DNA of 64,000 bases from Promethearchaeota archaeon (GTDB lineage: Archaea; Asgardarchaeota; Lokiarchaeia; Sigyniarchaeales; SOKP01). Positions 31,542 to 42,118 of the stretch are shown in pieces. The position numbers and the translations under genes were made by a program. The notes under the pieces are model-generated. The model saw only the letters and a program-made list of their open reading frames with translations. It had not been told where the DNA came from and did not search any database. The DNA lies in contig JBHLNS010000001.1 in the NCBI GenBank assembly GCA_048941285.1, forward strand, positions 32,001-96,000, read 5' to 3'. Each line of letters opens with the position of its first letter. Within the stretch, counting starts at the first letter, position 1.

Positions 31542-31916
31542 ATGGTAGATTTTGAAGTAATTGATTCTGGTATTCCAGCAGCTGGACCTTATAGTTCTGG
31601 GATAAAAGCCGGTAATCTAATCTTTGTTTCAGGGCAAGTTCCTAGTCCAGAAGCAAGAAATATTAAAGAACAAACATTAGCTGTACTAGAAAAAATTAAG
31701 AAAGTATTAAAAGCCGCTGGAGCGAGTATCTCGAGTATTGTAAAAGTTTCTATCTTTCTGAAAAATATAAGTGATTTCAAAGAGATGAATCTAACATATA
31801 AAAAGTTTTTTGAAGAAAATGGGGTATCTAATAAATTTCCTGCAAGAACTACAATTGAGGCGAATTGTCCACTTCCAAATGCTTTAATTGAAATTGATGC
31901 TATAGCAGTATTATAG
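31542..31916 (+). CDS. ridA: RidA/YjgF family enamine/imine deaminase
   Basis: GPYS, VSGQ, FPARTT, IEIDAIA; GGTGA SD before ATG 31542. Confidence 0.9.
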   Translation: MVDFEVIDSGIPAAGPYSSGIKAGNLIFVSGQVPSPEARNIKEQTLAVLEKIKKVLKAAGASISSIVKVSIFLKNISDFKEMNLTYKKFFEENGVSNKFPARTTIEANCPLPNALIEIDAIAVL

Positions 31917-32020
31917 AAAATTTTAAAGTTATTTATAATAAAAATTCTTATTTCTCTTAAAATTAAATTATAAATAGGATTTCATTTTAACCTAAATAAT
32001 AATAAATGGACTTTCAAATT

Positions 32021-33226
32021 ATGTGTGACACTTACGTAAGTTTAGGCACTTGGTCTAAAAATGGCGATGTGATTTTTGGTAAAAATAGTGATAGACCTGA
32101 ATCGGAAGCGCAATTAATAACATATTCTCCACGAAAGACTTATTCTAATGGAGACGAATTAAAATGTACTCATATTTCAATACCACAAGTAAGACAAACA
32201 GCTGAAGTTATTTTAAGTCAACCTTTTTGGATGTGGGGTGCAGAAATGGGGGCAAATGAGTATGGAGTAGTTATTGGAAATGAATCAATACAAACTAGAG
32301 AACCTTTAAAAGATACCGGGCTTACCGGTATGGATCTTCTAAGATTGGGACTGGAGCGAGGAAAAACTGCAATGGAAGCTTTGAATGCTATTATTGGGTT
32401 ATTAGAAAGCCATGGTCAAGGTGGTTATCACAGCTTATCACAATATAATTATCATAATTCATATCTTATCGCAGATCCAAATGAAGCTTATGTACTAGAA
32501 ACTGCAGGTGATTGGTGGATTGTAGAAATTGTAAAAGAATTTCGCTCAATTTCTAACCACATATCAATAAGATTTAAAGGAGATATGAGAAGGAAAGGTA
32601 TAATCCAACATGCTATTGAAAAGGGCTATTGTACGGATGATAACGAATTTGATTTCAAAATGAACTTTTCACTTTCCCGACTCCCAGAAAAGTTTCCGAT
32701 AACTGATAGAGATGGATTTTCTTTAAATCAATTATCTTCAAATAAAGGAATAGTTACTGTTCCTATGATGATGGATTTTTTAAGAGCACATGAAGTTGAA
32801 ATATGTAGACATCTTAGAAAAGACCAATCGGTAGGTTCTCAAATTTCTCTTTTGAGAAAAAACCCTAAGAAATCAATTCACTGGTTTACGGGTAGTACGA
32901 TTCCATGTCTAAGTATTTATAAACCGTATGTTTTCCCAGTACAGGAGCAAAAAGTCATGGAATCAAAACCTTACACCTCTATAGATTCAAGCTGGTTTTG
33001 GATAAAGCATTTTAATTTTATAAATAAATATAAAAAACATCCAAAAAGAGATCTTCCTGAAAGAAATGAATATTATAAAAAACTAAGAAATATAGAAATC
33101 GAATTATTGAGAAGTGTAGATGCAATACTTAGTAAAGAAGAGAATATTTCAGAAAGTGAGTTTAATGAAATGATTAAGGTTATTAATGATGATGGATGGA
33201 AAAAATCAGAGGAATTAATCACATAA
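32021..33226 (+). CDS. Peptidase C69/secernin-family Ntn hydrolase (copy 1)
   Basis: MCDT N-terminal Cys, FGKNSDRP, WMWGAEMGANEYGVVIGNE, GMDLLRLGLERG. Confidence 0.9.
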   Translation: MCDTYVSLGTWSKNGDVIFGKNSDRPESEAQLITYSPRKTYSNGDELKCTHISIPQVRQTAEVILSQPFWMWGAEMGANEYGVVIGNESIQTREPLKDTGLTGMDLLRLGLERGKTAMEALNAIIGLLESHGQGGYHSLSQYNYHNSYLIADPNEAYVLETAGDWWIVEIVKEFRSISNHISIRFKGDMRRKGIIQHAIEKGYCTDDNEFDFKMNFSLSRLPEKFPITDRDGFSLNQLSSNKGIVTVPMMMDFLRAHEVEICRHLRKDQSVGSQISLLRKNPKKSIHWFTGSTIPCLSIYKPYVFPVQEQKVMESKPYTSIDSSWFWIKHFNFINKYKKHPKRDLPERNEYYKKLRNIEIELLRSVDAILSKEENISESEFNEMIKVINDDGWKKSEELIT

Positions 33227-34393
33227 ATGTGTGACACTCTTGTAGCTCTTGGAAATTCGACTAAAGATGGAACAGTAATTTTCGGTAAAAATTCGGATCG
33301 CCCTTTCAACGAAGCCCAATTAATATCTTATTCTCCTAAAACAAGGTATAAGAAAGGCGATAAATTGAAATGTACATATTTAGAAATTCTTCAAGTTCCT
33401 GTGACATATGCAATATTGTTGAGCCAACCTTTTTGGATGTGGGGCGCAGAAATGGGGACTAATGAGTATGGAGTGGTGATTGGAAATGAAGCCATACATA
33501 CAAAAGAACCACTAAGAAGTATAGGACTATTAGGTATGGATTTGTTAAGGTTAGGTCTTGAGAGAGGAAGAACCGCAGAAGAAGCAAAAGATATAATTAT
33601 CGATTTATTAGAAAAATATGGGCAAGGAGGTGGTTGTGCATATGATGACCCGAGTTGGATGTATCATAATTCATTTATAATTGCAGACCCTAAGGAAGCA
33701 TTTGTTTTAGAGACTGCTGATAAATGGTGGATCGTAGAAAACATCAAAAGTATACGGTCAATTTCAAACAGTCTTAGTATCCGGGGCATAGGAGACTACA
33801 GAAAGAAAGGTATAATTCAACATGCAATTAATAAAGGATACTGTAAAGATGACGATGAATTTGATTTTGCATTAAACTTTTCTGAATCCTCTTTCTCGGT
33901 TACACCTTCACCATATTCCAGAGGAGGGAAAACTAATTTACTACTTAACGAGAATAGAGGCAGAATCACACCAAGTTTAATGATGGAATTTCTAAGGGAA
34001 CATCAAGCAGGAATTTGTATGCATGGTGGTTTTGAATCAACTGGGTCTCAAGTTTCACACTTAAGGAATCATAAAGAATCAATTCACTGGTTTACAGGAA
34101 CAAATCTTCCCTGTGTAAGTATTTATAAACCATATAGTTTTCCTATTAAAGGTCAAAAAGTTTATAAGCCCGGGCCTTATGACCAGGTAGACCCTGAATG
34201 GTTCTGGTGTAAACATACAAAATCTAAACCAATAAATAAGAATATAGAACTCTTAAATATCGAAAAATCTATTATGTTCAAAATTCAGGATTTAATAAAT
34301 CAAGATAACAAAATTTCAGAAGAAAAACTCAATGAACAAATCTTAAAGTTAAATCTAAAAGCTTGGAATAAGTCTTATGAATTGTTAAGTTAA
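33227..34393 (+). CDS. Peptidase C69/secernin-family Ntn hydrolase (copy 2)
   Basis: MCDT, FGKNSDRP, WMWGAEMG, ICMHG; starts immediately after the stop of copy 1. Confidence 0.9.
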   Translation: MCDTLVALGNSTKDGTVIFGKNSDRPFNEAQLISYSPKTRYKKGDKLKCTYLEILQVPVTYAILLSQPFWMWGAEMGTNEYGVVIGNEAIHTKEPLRSIGLLGMDLLRLGLERGRTAEEAKDIIIDLLEKYGQGGGCAYDDPSWMYHNSFIIADPKEAFVLETADKWWIVENIKSIRSISNSLSIRGIGDYRKKGIIQHAINKGYCKDDDEFDFALNFSESSFSVTPSPYSRGGKTNLLLNENRGRITPSLMMEFLREHQAGICMHGGFESTGSQVSHLRNHKESIHWFTGTNLPCVSIYKPYSFPIKGQKVYKPGPYDQVDPEWFWCKHTKSKPINKNIELLNIEKSIMFKIQDLINQDNKISEEKLNEQILKLNLKAWNKSYELLS

Positions 34394-34497
34394 TTTCAAG
34401 AATTTTTGAAGATTTAGTGATAATCAAAAAAACTTAATAGTTTTGGAATATTTTTCCTATTAATTTATTTTAAATAAAGGCTATTTAAGATTCAATA

Positions 34498-34791
34498 ATG
34501 TCATTGAATAAATTGGATATTTTAGGTATGGAAGGAGTTATTTCAAATTATAAACGAGGACGTCATACAGTACACCAGAAACACTGTATTATTGTATTTT
34601 CTAATATAACAACAAGAAAAGCTGCAAACAAACTTATTGGAAGAACTGTTGTTTGGAATACACCTACAGGTAAGGAATTAAAAGGAGTAATTACTCGGGC
34701 ACATGGAAATAACGGTGCTGTAAGAGCCCACTTTAAAAAAGCTGGAGTCCCTGGGCAAGCTTTAGGGAAAAAGGTAAAAATTATTAAGTAG
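34498..34791 (+). CDS. rpl35ae: 50S ribosomal protein L35Ae (eL33); likely start ATG 34528
   Basis: GVISNYKRGRH, LIGRTVVW, GVITRAHGNNGAVRAHF, PGQALG. Confidence 0.93.
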   Translation: MSLNKLDILGMEGVISNYKRGRHTVHQKHCIIVFSNITTRKAANKLIGRTVVWNTPTGKELKGVITRAHGNNGAVRAHFKKAGVPGQALGKKVKIIK

Positions 34792-34933
34792 CCGTCTCGT
34801 TATTCTAGCTATTTTTTTTTCCTATCAATACCTAGATATTACATGATACTAGAATAATATAGCTTTTTTTATGTTTTGGATTTTCTTATTCTTCTGATAA
34901 AGCGATAATAAAGGTAAATAATATCTTATTTGG

Positions 34934-36925
34934 TTGGGTTTAAGCATTAACATGACAGAGCAAGTATGTAGATTTTGTCACAGATATGTAAAGTTAGCTT
35001 ATTATTGTGAAGAGTGCGGTTCTAGTTGTTGTTCTGAATGCCTACACGAAAAAAAAGTAGATTTCTTTATTTGTCAAGAATGTAAATCTAAAAATATAGA
35101 TTTTTCAAACTCTGAAAATAAGAAAATCTGTAAAGACTGTGGAGCAGAAAATGTAACTAAAGTAAATCAACGCTTAAAATCCTGCCCAAAATGCGACTCT
35201 CATCAAATTATTAACATTTATGAAAAAAAAGAAGAATTAGAAAAGAATTTTTTGGAGTTAATTAAAAATACGCGTTTATTTATTGAACCTTTAAAAGAGA
35301 TTCTTGAGAAATTGTATTTATTTCAGTCAAGAATCAAGGAAGTAAGAGATCCTCCGAATAAATATTATCATTTTCCTAAAATGGAATCAGATTTATTGGC
35401 TCTTTTTAAATTATTCAATTATATTCAAAACACCTTATTCGAAAAAATTAATATTCATTTTCATCAAGTAAATCAAAGCAAAGAATATTTTTTTGATATC
35501 TACGCCCAACCTAACTCAAATATAAATATTATTGAGGGGATTTTTGAAAACCTTTGTAGAAGTTACAGTTCAATAGAAGAATTCATTAAAATCAATTTAG
35601 AAACATTTATTGATGGCTTTGAAATATTTCATAAAAATCTGGAATTTATAGCTAAAGTTAGTCACTATTTTAAATCCTATAATAAAATTCTTAGACTAGC
35701 AGAAGGTGAAAAACCTGTTTATGCCATTCATGCTAAATTAACAAATGGTTTAAATTCACATGATAAATATAAGAAAGATAAGGGGATTTTGTTTATTACT
35801 AATTTTGATCTTTCATTTATACATAAATATGGAGTAAAGAAAAAAAAAAAGGAATTAATCTTTAAAGCTCCTGTTCAAGATTTAACAAGATTGAATGAAA
35901 AAGGTAAAGTCTTCAAGAAATTATATATCGAATTCACCTACGGAAAATATGAATTTACATTACCCAATAAAGCGGTGTCTAGAGTGATTGAATATATTCT
36001 TTTAGCAAGGTCATTTGATGAAACGACGATTTATGATGAAAAAACTGCAAAAAAACTTCAAAATATTGATTTGGATTTAAATGAATTTACTAATTTTATT
36101 GAGGAGAGTATTAACTCTTTTTTTAGTATAAAATGTCAATTTAATAAGAGTTTTGAAAATTCATACAATCAAAATAGGGATTCAAGCTATTTCTTTGGTG
36201 TTCAACCCAACCAATTGCAAAACAGTATGTCTCGAACACCTTCTCAATTTTTTAATCCTCAAAATAATGCTCAACCTTGGCTGAGCTATCCTTTAAATTC
36301 AAACTTAAATCAAAGGGTTAACAGGATTCCTTACTCACCCCCTAATCCTGGTCAATCATCTCCACTTATGAATAATCCTCAAACGCCAAATTATGATAAG
36401 AATAATGTCTTCTTACAAAATCTCTATAATTCCAATCAATACCAAAATTATGATTCACAAAGAATAAATTCAAATAATCCCTTAAATAACCACTTAAATC
36501 AACAGATCAATAACCCGATGATAAATGATCTTTATAATGTGAATGATTATTTCTTAAATAAGGAAGACATTTTCCAGGATTATAATAGAAATCATCTATC
36601 TAATTTGTTTGATACAGAGTATCCTTCTCAAGATAATTCATATAGGTATAAACAAAAATTGTTCAAATTAGATAAAGAAAAACATAAGAAAATGCTTGAA
36701 TTAGATAAAGAGAGGTATAGCTTGCAAGAAACGTTGAAAAAACTTGACAATAAATTTGATCAAGGTATTATTTCTGAAGTAGATTATTTTAAGACCTTCA
36801 AAAACCTTCAAAAAGAGATTTATCTAATTGAAAAAAAAATTAAAAATCTACAAGAAAACATGGAAGAGATTGAATCTCTCAGAAGAAGTAGCAGAAATTT
36901 TGATAAAAGGCGCTTTTACACCTAA
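34934..36925 (+). CDS. Multidomain protein: Zn fingers, helical region, PH-like domain, Asn/Pro/Gln-rich linker, C-terminal steadiness-box-like helices (Vps23/37-like); likely start ATG 34952
   Basis: CRFCH..CEEC..CCSEC, three more CxxC; KGILFITNFDLSF PH/GRAM-like strand; LQETLKKLDNKFDQGIISEVDYFKTFKNLQKEIY. Confidence 0.6.
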   Translation: MGLSINMTEQVCRFCHRYVKLAYYCEECGSSCCSECLHEKKVDFFICQECKSKNIDFSNSENKKICKDCGAENVTKVNQRLKSCPKCDSHQIINIYEKKEELEKNFLELIKNTRLFIEPLKEILEKLYLFQSRIKEVRDPPNKYYHFPKMESDLLALFKLFNYIQNTLFEKINIHFHQVNQSKEYFFDIYAQPNSNINIIEGIFENLCRSYSSIEEFIKINLETFIDGFEIFHKNLEFIAKVSHYFKSYNKILRLAEGEKPVYAIHAKLTNGLNSHDKYKKDKGILFITNFDLSFIHKYGVKKKKKELIFKAPVQDLTRLNEKGKVFKKLYIEFTYGKYEFTLPNKAVSRVIEYILLARSFDETTIYDEKTAKKLQNIDLDLNEFTNFIEESINSFFSIKCQFNKSFENSYNQNRDSSYFFGVQPNQLQNSMSRTPSQFFNPQNNAQPWLSYPLNSNLNQRVNRIPYSPPNPGQSSPLMNNPQTPNYDKNNVFLQNLYNSNQYQNYDSQRINSNNPLNNHLNQQINNPMINDLYNVNDYFLNKEDIFQDYNRNHLSNLFDTEYPSQDNSYRYKQKLFKLDKEKHKKMLELDKERYSLQETLKKLDNKFDQGIISEVDYFKTFKNLQKEIYLIEKKIKNLQENMEEIESLRRSSRNFDKRRFYT

Positions 36926-37006
36926 AAAGTAAATTTCGAATTTTTTCATAGAATCTATATTTTTTTTATCTTATATTTATATTTTTATTATGATATTATA
37001 AATCAT

Positions 37007-38026
37007 ATGGATAAAGTGGATGGATTATTTACTACTTTAGTAGGAAGTTGGCCTTTAAATAATACATATAACAACATGGTAAAGGTATTCACTGATTTAA
37101 TCCAAATAGGCATCGATTTTCCATGCTACCCGCAACTTTTATCTATGAATTATCAATTCCTATCACCATTATCTAGAATTATACCTCCATTAAAAGAAGT
37201 TGATGATAAATTTTATTTATATGAGGATTTTGAGATACCAAAGGAACCAGTTGCTCTCGAATATGGGAAATTTATAATAGACTATTTTAATGAACATCAA
37301 GATCTTAAAAAATGTATTAGTGGTACAAAAGCTTGTTTAACTGGTCCATTTACTTTAACATTCGAAACTATATTAAAAAACTCTATTGCTAAAGGCTTAA
37401 AACCATTAATTTTCGAAGAACCACGAGCAGTGATGGTCGATTGGATCGTGGATAAATTTGCTGAAATTATAAAGCAAATTGGAGCTGCTTATAGTGAAAT
37501 GAAAATAGATATAGTTTCTTGTGATGAGCCAATTCTAGGATTGTTAGTAGGGAGGAAAGTTTTGTTTCACTCAGAAGACTTTATCATTAAAACTATCAAT
37601 AAGGCAATATCTGGAATAAAAGGATTACCGTCAATACACGTCTGTGGTAGAATAAGTCCCTATCTAAGAGATATTCTTTTAAATACAAATGTGAAAATTT
37701 TAGACCATGAGTTTTGTACGAACGAAGAAAATTTTAAAGTTTTTGAGAAAAAACATTTCGAAGGAACTGATAAATTCTTAGCAATGGGAACTGTTCAATC
37801 AAAGTTTGTGCCAATTAAAAATAAAAAAATTAATGATTATGTAGAAAAAGTTGATTTTCTTAAAAGTTATATAAAAAGAGGAATAGATCAATATGGAAAA
37901 GAGAATTTAATAATCAAACCAGATTGTGGGTTCTATCCTTTGAAAGTTTTCGGAGAAAATGATGGTTATAAAATAGCAATCGAAAAAGTGAAAAATATGG
38001 TACTCGCTTTGAAAGCGTTAAAGTAA
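37007..38026 (+). CDS. Cobalamin-independent methionine synthase C-terminal/URO-D-like methyltransferase
   Basis: TTLVGSWP, KACLTGPFTL, DEP, HVCG and PDCG Zn ligands. Confidence 0.8.
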   Translation: MDKVDGLFTTLVGSWPLNNTYNNMVKVFTDLIQIGIDFPCYPQLLSMNYQFLSPLSRIIPPLKEVDDKFYLYEDFEIPKEPVALEYGKFIIDYFNEHQDLKKCISGTKACLTGPFTLTFETILKNSIAKGLKPLIFEEPRAVMVDWIVDKFAEIIKQIGAAYSEMKIDIVSCDEPILGLLVGRKVLFHSEDFIIKTINKAISGIKGLPSIHVCGRISPYLRDILLNTNVKILDHEFCTNEENFKVFEKKHFEGTDKFLAMGTVQSKFVPIKNKKINDYVEKVDFLKSYIKRGIDQYGKENLIIKPDCGFYPLKVFGENDGYKIAIEKVKNMVLALKALK

Positions 38027-38078
38027 TCATTTTTAAAATAAAGTAGCAGTAAAAGTAAAAGAAATTTATAAAAAAGAT

Positions 38079-38729
38079 TTATCCTTCCAGTTCTTTACGA
38101 AGCTTATCAATCTCATCTTTTAGTTGATCTTTTGATTTAATTTCAGCTTCTTCTTCTTCAAGATCGTATTCTGGTATATATTGGAGATCATCTGCAGGAA
38201 TTTCAGGCATGGCTCCTCCTTGTTCTAGAAGCATTTCTGTCTCAAGTTGATTTAATTCATCAGTAACATCAATTGCAAGATCAATTTCTGGGTCACCTGC
38301 TAAAATTTCTGCGGCTTCTTCAATCTCTGAGACATATGCCTCAGAATCCTCTGCAATTTCAGCAACTTTTGTAGGGGATGCCTTTGTAGCAATATATTCT
38401 AACTCATCTCTAATCCCTCCCATTACATCCCCCGTTTGAGAAATTAACATTCCTTCTTCTATCGCTTGAATTTGTCTTTCAATCTTTAGTCGGATGTTAT
38501 TACTTCGGTCAACTTTCGCCTGATATGCTTTATATTGTACTAAATATGATTTTGCGCGATCTTTTTCACCTCTTTTTAATGCAATTTTTGCATTTTTCCT
38601 ACTAATCTCAGCACGTTTATTATAATTTTTGTTCATCATGTTCAATTTATGGATATGTCCTTTAGCTTTTGCGACCAAATCATCTTTTTCTTTACTTTTT
38701 CGTGGAAAGAGTTTCTTTTTTAACCCCAT
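38079..38729 (-). CDS. Snf7-family ESCRT-III protein (Vps20/32/60-like)
   Basis: Basic N-half (AKIALKRGEKDRAKSYL), acidic C-half, ELNQLE...MPEIP MIM2-like motif. Confidence 0.85.
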   Translation of the reverse strand: MGLKKKLFPRKSKEKDDLVAKAKGHIHKLNMMNKNYNKRAEISRKNAKIALKRGEKDRAKSYLVQYKAYQAKVDRSNNIRLKIERQIQAIEEGMLISQTGDVMGGIRDELEYIATKASPTKVAEIAEDSEAYVSEIEEAAEILAGDPEIDLAIDVTDELNQLETEMLLEQGGAMPEIPADDLQYIPEYDLEEEEAEIKSKDQLKDEIDKLRKELEG

Positions 38730-38880
38730 TTTATCATTACACCATTTAGAACTTTAATTTATTATTATCTGATTTTATGAATTAAATAATGTTTCTAACT
38801 TAAAAATTTAATATTATTTGATATAATATAATAAAATAATTCTCATCAAAAAAGTTTAGCTAGACCAAAATTTAAGTATT

Positions 38881-39996
38881 ATGAAAAAAATTATTTTAGA
38901 CTTCGAATCTCAGACCTATCTATTAAAAGAATTATTACAAGAAGCCTTAAACAGAGATATTTTACATTTTTTAGTCTCTCAAGAGACATATAAGGAATTT
39001 GAAAACATTGAAAGGATAAACCTTTATTCTAAAAATCCTAAACTCCCTATAAAAAGTTTGGTTTATGAAGATGAAAAAATTATAGAAGAAAATATAGCTT
39101 TAAACACAATAACCGATAAAGAGATTGGTTATTTTACTGAATTAAAGTCTAAAAAAGATGAAGATAATATTGTAAGATTATCAAACACAAAATTTGTGGA
39201 TTTTATTATTGTATCAGCTAAGGATTGGAAGATAATACCTTTTGAAAATCTTATTGCCAATATGCATAAAAATGATACAGATTTAATAGCAATGGTTGAA
39301 TCAGTAAAGGAAGCGGAGCTCATGTTAAAAACGTTAGAAATAGGAGTTGATGGTATTTTAATAAAACCAAAAAGCGTCAAAGATATTATTGAATTAAGAA
39401 ATCTCTTTCTAACAAAGTTCAAGCTAAAATTAATTAAAGCGACTGTTAAAAAAATTCAAAATATTCCAGAGAGTGAAAGAGTATGTGTGGACACTACTTC
39501 CCTTTTAAATGTAGGTGAGGGATTTTTGGTGGGATCAACAGCTAAAGGATTTTGTCTTATTCATTCTGAGACATTTGAAACCCAATTCATCTCATCAAGG
39601 CCATTTCGAGTAAATGCGGGAGATGTTTCAGCATATATATTAGTTCCTGATAAAAATTCACAATATCTTTATCAAACGAAGTATCTCAGTGAATTAAAGG
39701 GCGGAGATCGAGTACTTGCTATTAATTTTAAAGGAGAAGTTAGGATTGTGTCTGTAGGAAGAGTTAAAATCGAAACTCGTCCAATGCTTCGATTTGAATT
39801 AGAAGCAATGGAGGGTAATAGAATAATTCTACTAAGTTGTGTTTGCCAAAATGCTGAAACTGTTCGATTGGTTGAATCGGATGGAAAAGCAAAATCAGTC
39901 GTTGATATACGGGTTGGAGATGAATTTCTTGTTCATATAGGCCCTGAAGCTTTGCATTTTGGAACTATAATTAAAGAAACCATATTAGAAAAATAA
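38881..39996 (+). CDS. 3-dehydroquinate synthase II (archaeal AroB')
   Basis: DWKIIPFENLIA, LEIGVDG, RVCVDT, RPFRVNAG, GRVKIETRP, QNAET. Confidence 0.92.
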   Translation: MKKIILDFESQTYLLKELLQEALNRDILHFLVSQETYKEFENIERINLYSKNPKLPIKSLVYEDEKIIEENIALNTITDKEIGYFTELKSKKDEDNIVRLSNTKFVDFIIVSAKDWKIIPFENLIANMHKNDTDLIAMVESVKEAELMLKTLEIGVDGILIKPKSVKDIIELRNLFLTKFKLKLIKATVKKIQNIPESERVCVDTTSLLNVGEGFLVGSTAKGFCLIHSETFETQFISSRPFRVNAGDVSAYILVPDKNSQYLYQTKYLSELKGGDRVLAINFKGEVRIVSVGRVKIETRPMLRFELEAMEGNRIILLSCVCQNAETVRLVESDGKAKSVVDIRVGDEFLVHIGPEALHFGTIIKETILEK

Positions 39997-40346
39997 TTCT
40001 GACATTTATTTCAAAGCTTAGAATTCTGTCACACTTTTAAAATTTGCTCGATGGTGCTTTGCTTCTATCATCTCCGAACCAATTTTGAACAAACTAAGCT
40101 GAAACATGCTCGAAAGTTGTTTTAATGAGATTTTTGATACTTTTCGAAATGGTTAAAAAAAGCGACTACAGCATCCTTTTTGCATTTTCACTATTATTTT
40201 CAATGGATTTTAAATAAACTTCTGAGCTTTTCATAATCATCAAATGTATATGATATCCTAGAAATTATGTAAAGCTTATAATTGTATTTTTTATATAATT
40301 ATATTAAAAATTAAATTATGAATATTAAAAACTGAGATGTATTGAT

Positions 40347-41603
40347 TTGACAACCTACTGGGCACCTTTACTTCACGTATATCAACCACCTACTCAAGAA
40401 ATTAAAATCTTAAAAAATATTGATAAGGAGTGTTATAAAGCACTGTTTTCCTTACTTGAAGAGCAAGAGACTGCAAAATTTTCTTTGAACATAAACGGTG
40501 TTCTTATCGAGTTATTAAATGAATATGGTTTAAATGATACAATTGAATTATTGAAGAATTTAGTGTCTGAAAACAAAATTGAAATTGTAGGAACAGCAAA
40601 ATTCCATCCAATCCTTCCTTTAATCCCCAAAAAAGAAGCACAACGTCAAATTCAGATGAATGAGGAAACAAATAGAAAAGAATTTGGCCGTTGGGATAAA
40701 AATGGTTTTTTTCCACCTGAGTTGGCAATTTCAGGAGCGGTTGCTAAAATAATTCGTCAATTAGGTTACAAATGGGTTATAATGAGTGGAATTGCGTGTC
40801 CTATAGATTGGCCATATGATAAAATTTATACATCTCCTAATGGACTTCAACTATTTTTTCGCGACGATATTCTTAGCAATAAAATCGCTTTTAAGAGTAT
40901 TGCAGCAACAGATTTTGTTAAAGATATTAAAATCATGCATAAAAACAAAGAAAAAGTTAATCCAACATATATTATAACTGCACTAGATGGAGAAACTTTT
41001 GGGCATCATATTAAAAATTATGAAAAGACTTTTTTAGGTAAAGTTTTTGAATTAATTGGCGAGATAGATGAGATCAAAACTATTTTTATTTCAGATCTTG
41101 ATCATCATTTTCCCATCGCAAAAAAAAAAATCATTCCACGAGAATCAAGTTGGAGTACAACTTATGAAGATCTTAAAGTTAATATTCCATATCCCCTCTG
41201 GAATCATCCCGATAATAGCGTCCATAAGTATTATTGGAAATTAATGAAAAGTTTGAATAATCTTATGAGTTTAATGGAAAAATTAGATCTAACAAAAGAT
41301 TGGGAAATAGAAAATTACTATAACACTGCTCGATATTTTTATGATCGTGGAATTTATTCTTGCCCAACATGGTGGGCTAATCCACCTAATAAAACTTGGT
41401 CTCCAAATTTAATTTATAAAGGAGTTGAAATATTAATGAGAGCTGCATTAAATGCTCAATTAGCATTAATTCATAGTGGTAAATCAGAGTTAGGAGAAGG
41501 ATATTTTGATTCAATTTCTTATTATCACGGGCTTTTATTAATGGAATTGAGTAACGTTACGAGAAAAAATTTCAAATTGTTGAGTAATAACAAAAACGAA
41601 TAA
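40347..41603 (+). CDS. Glycoside hydrolase family 57
   Basis: HVYQP, HPILPL, FPPELA nucleophile, DGETFGHH, SSW. Confidence 0.9.
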   Translation: MTTYWAPLLHVYQPPTQEIKILKNIDKECYKALFSLLEEQETAKFSLNINGVLIELLNEYGLNDTIELLKNLVSENKIEIVGTAKFHPILPLIPKKEAQRQIQMNEETNRKEFGRWDKNGFFPPELAISGAVAKIIRQLGYKWVIMSGIACPIDWPYDKIYTSPNGLQLFFRDDILSNKIAFKSIAATDFVKDIKIMHKNKEKVNPTYIITALDGETFGHHIKNYEKTFLGKVFELIGEIDEIKTIFISDLDHHFPIAKKKIIPRESSWSTTYEDLKVNIPYPLWNHPDNSVHKYYWKLMKSLNNLMSLMEKLDLTKDWEIENYYNTARYFYDRGIYSCPTWWANPPNKTWSPNLIYKGVEILMRAALNAQLALIHSGKSELGEGYFDSISYYHGLLLMELSNVTRKNFKLLSNNKNE

Positions 41604-41606
41604 ACT

Positions 41607-42044
41607 TTATTTATTTTTTAAAATTAATCTGTTAAGCATTTTATTCCAATCCTCTAATTTTCGTACATACCAAGCAGCTGAGTCAATTTCTCCATTTTCA
41701 TGAGTAAATATAACCTTTAACAACGGCCTAAACACTGATCTGTGCATATGTGATTTTGGATTTGTAACCTGAAGAATAGATTTTATAGGAATTGATAACT
41801 CTTTCTTAGGTTTCCACATTCCAAAAAATAGTTCTACTTCTGTAAGTAACAATACACCATTTCCGCGAACTTTCCAAATTCCTGATGATTCTAATCCAAA
41901 GAAATTGGATATATCATCTGAGAGCAAAATGTTTTTATCGTTATATTTTTCATGTATTTCATTAATTCTTTTACTAAAAAATTTTTTAAGCATAAGATAA
42001 TCAATTGAAAATGATATCCAACTAATTGAATAAAATGTAAGCAA
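41607..42044 (-). CDS. Hypothetical PH-fold-like protein (likely start ATG at MLKKF)
   Basis: RGNGVLLLTEVELFF...IPIKSI...AAWYV...W C-terminal helix pattern. Confidence 0.6.
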   Translation of the reverse strand: MLTFYSISWISFSIDYLMLKKFFSKRINEIHEKYNDKNILLSDDISNFFGLESSGIWKVRGNGVLLLTEVELFFGMWKPKKELSIPIKSILQVTNPKSHMHRSVFRPLLKVIFTHENGEIDSAAWYVRKLEDWNKMLNRLILKNK

Positions 42045-42118
42045 AAATTATATAATTTCTAATTTATTTATTTTACAAGATAATATTATTAAAAAGACTT
42101 TTATTTAAGAACAGAGTA

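Noticed and set aside
36150-36560. Asn/Gln/Pro-rich stretch as a DNA repeat or insertion
   Set aside because: No nucleotide-level periodicity; it is an in-frame low-complexity linker
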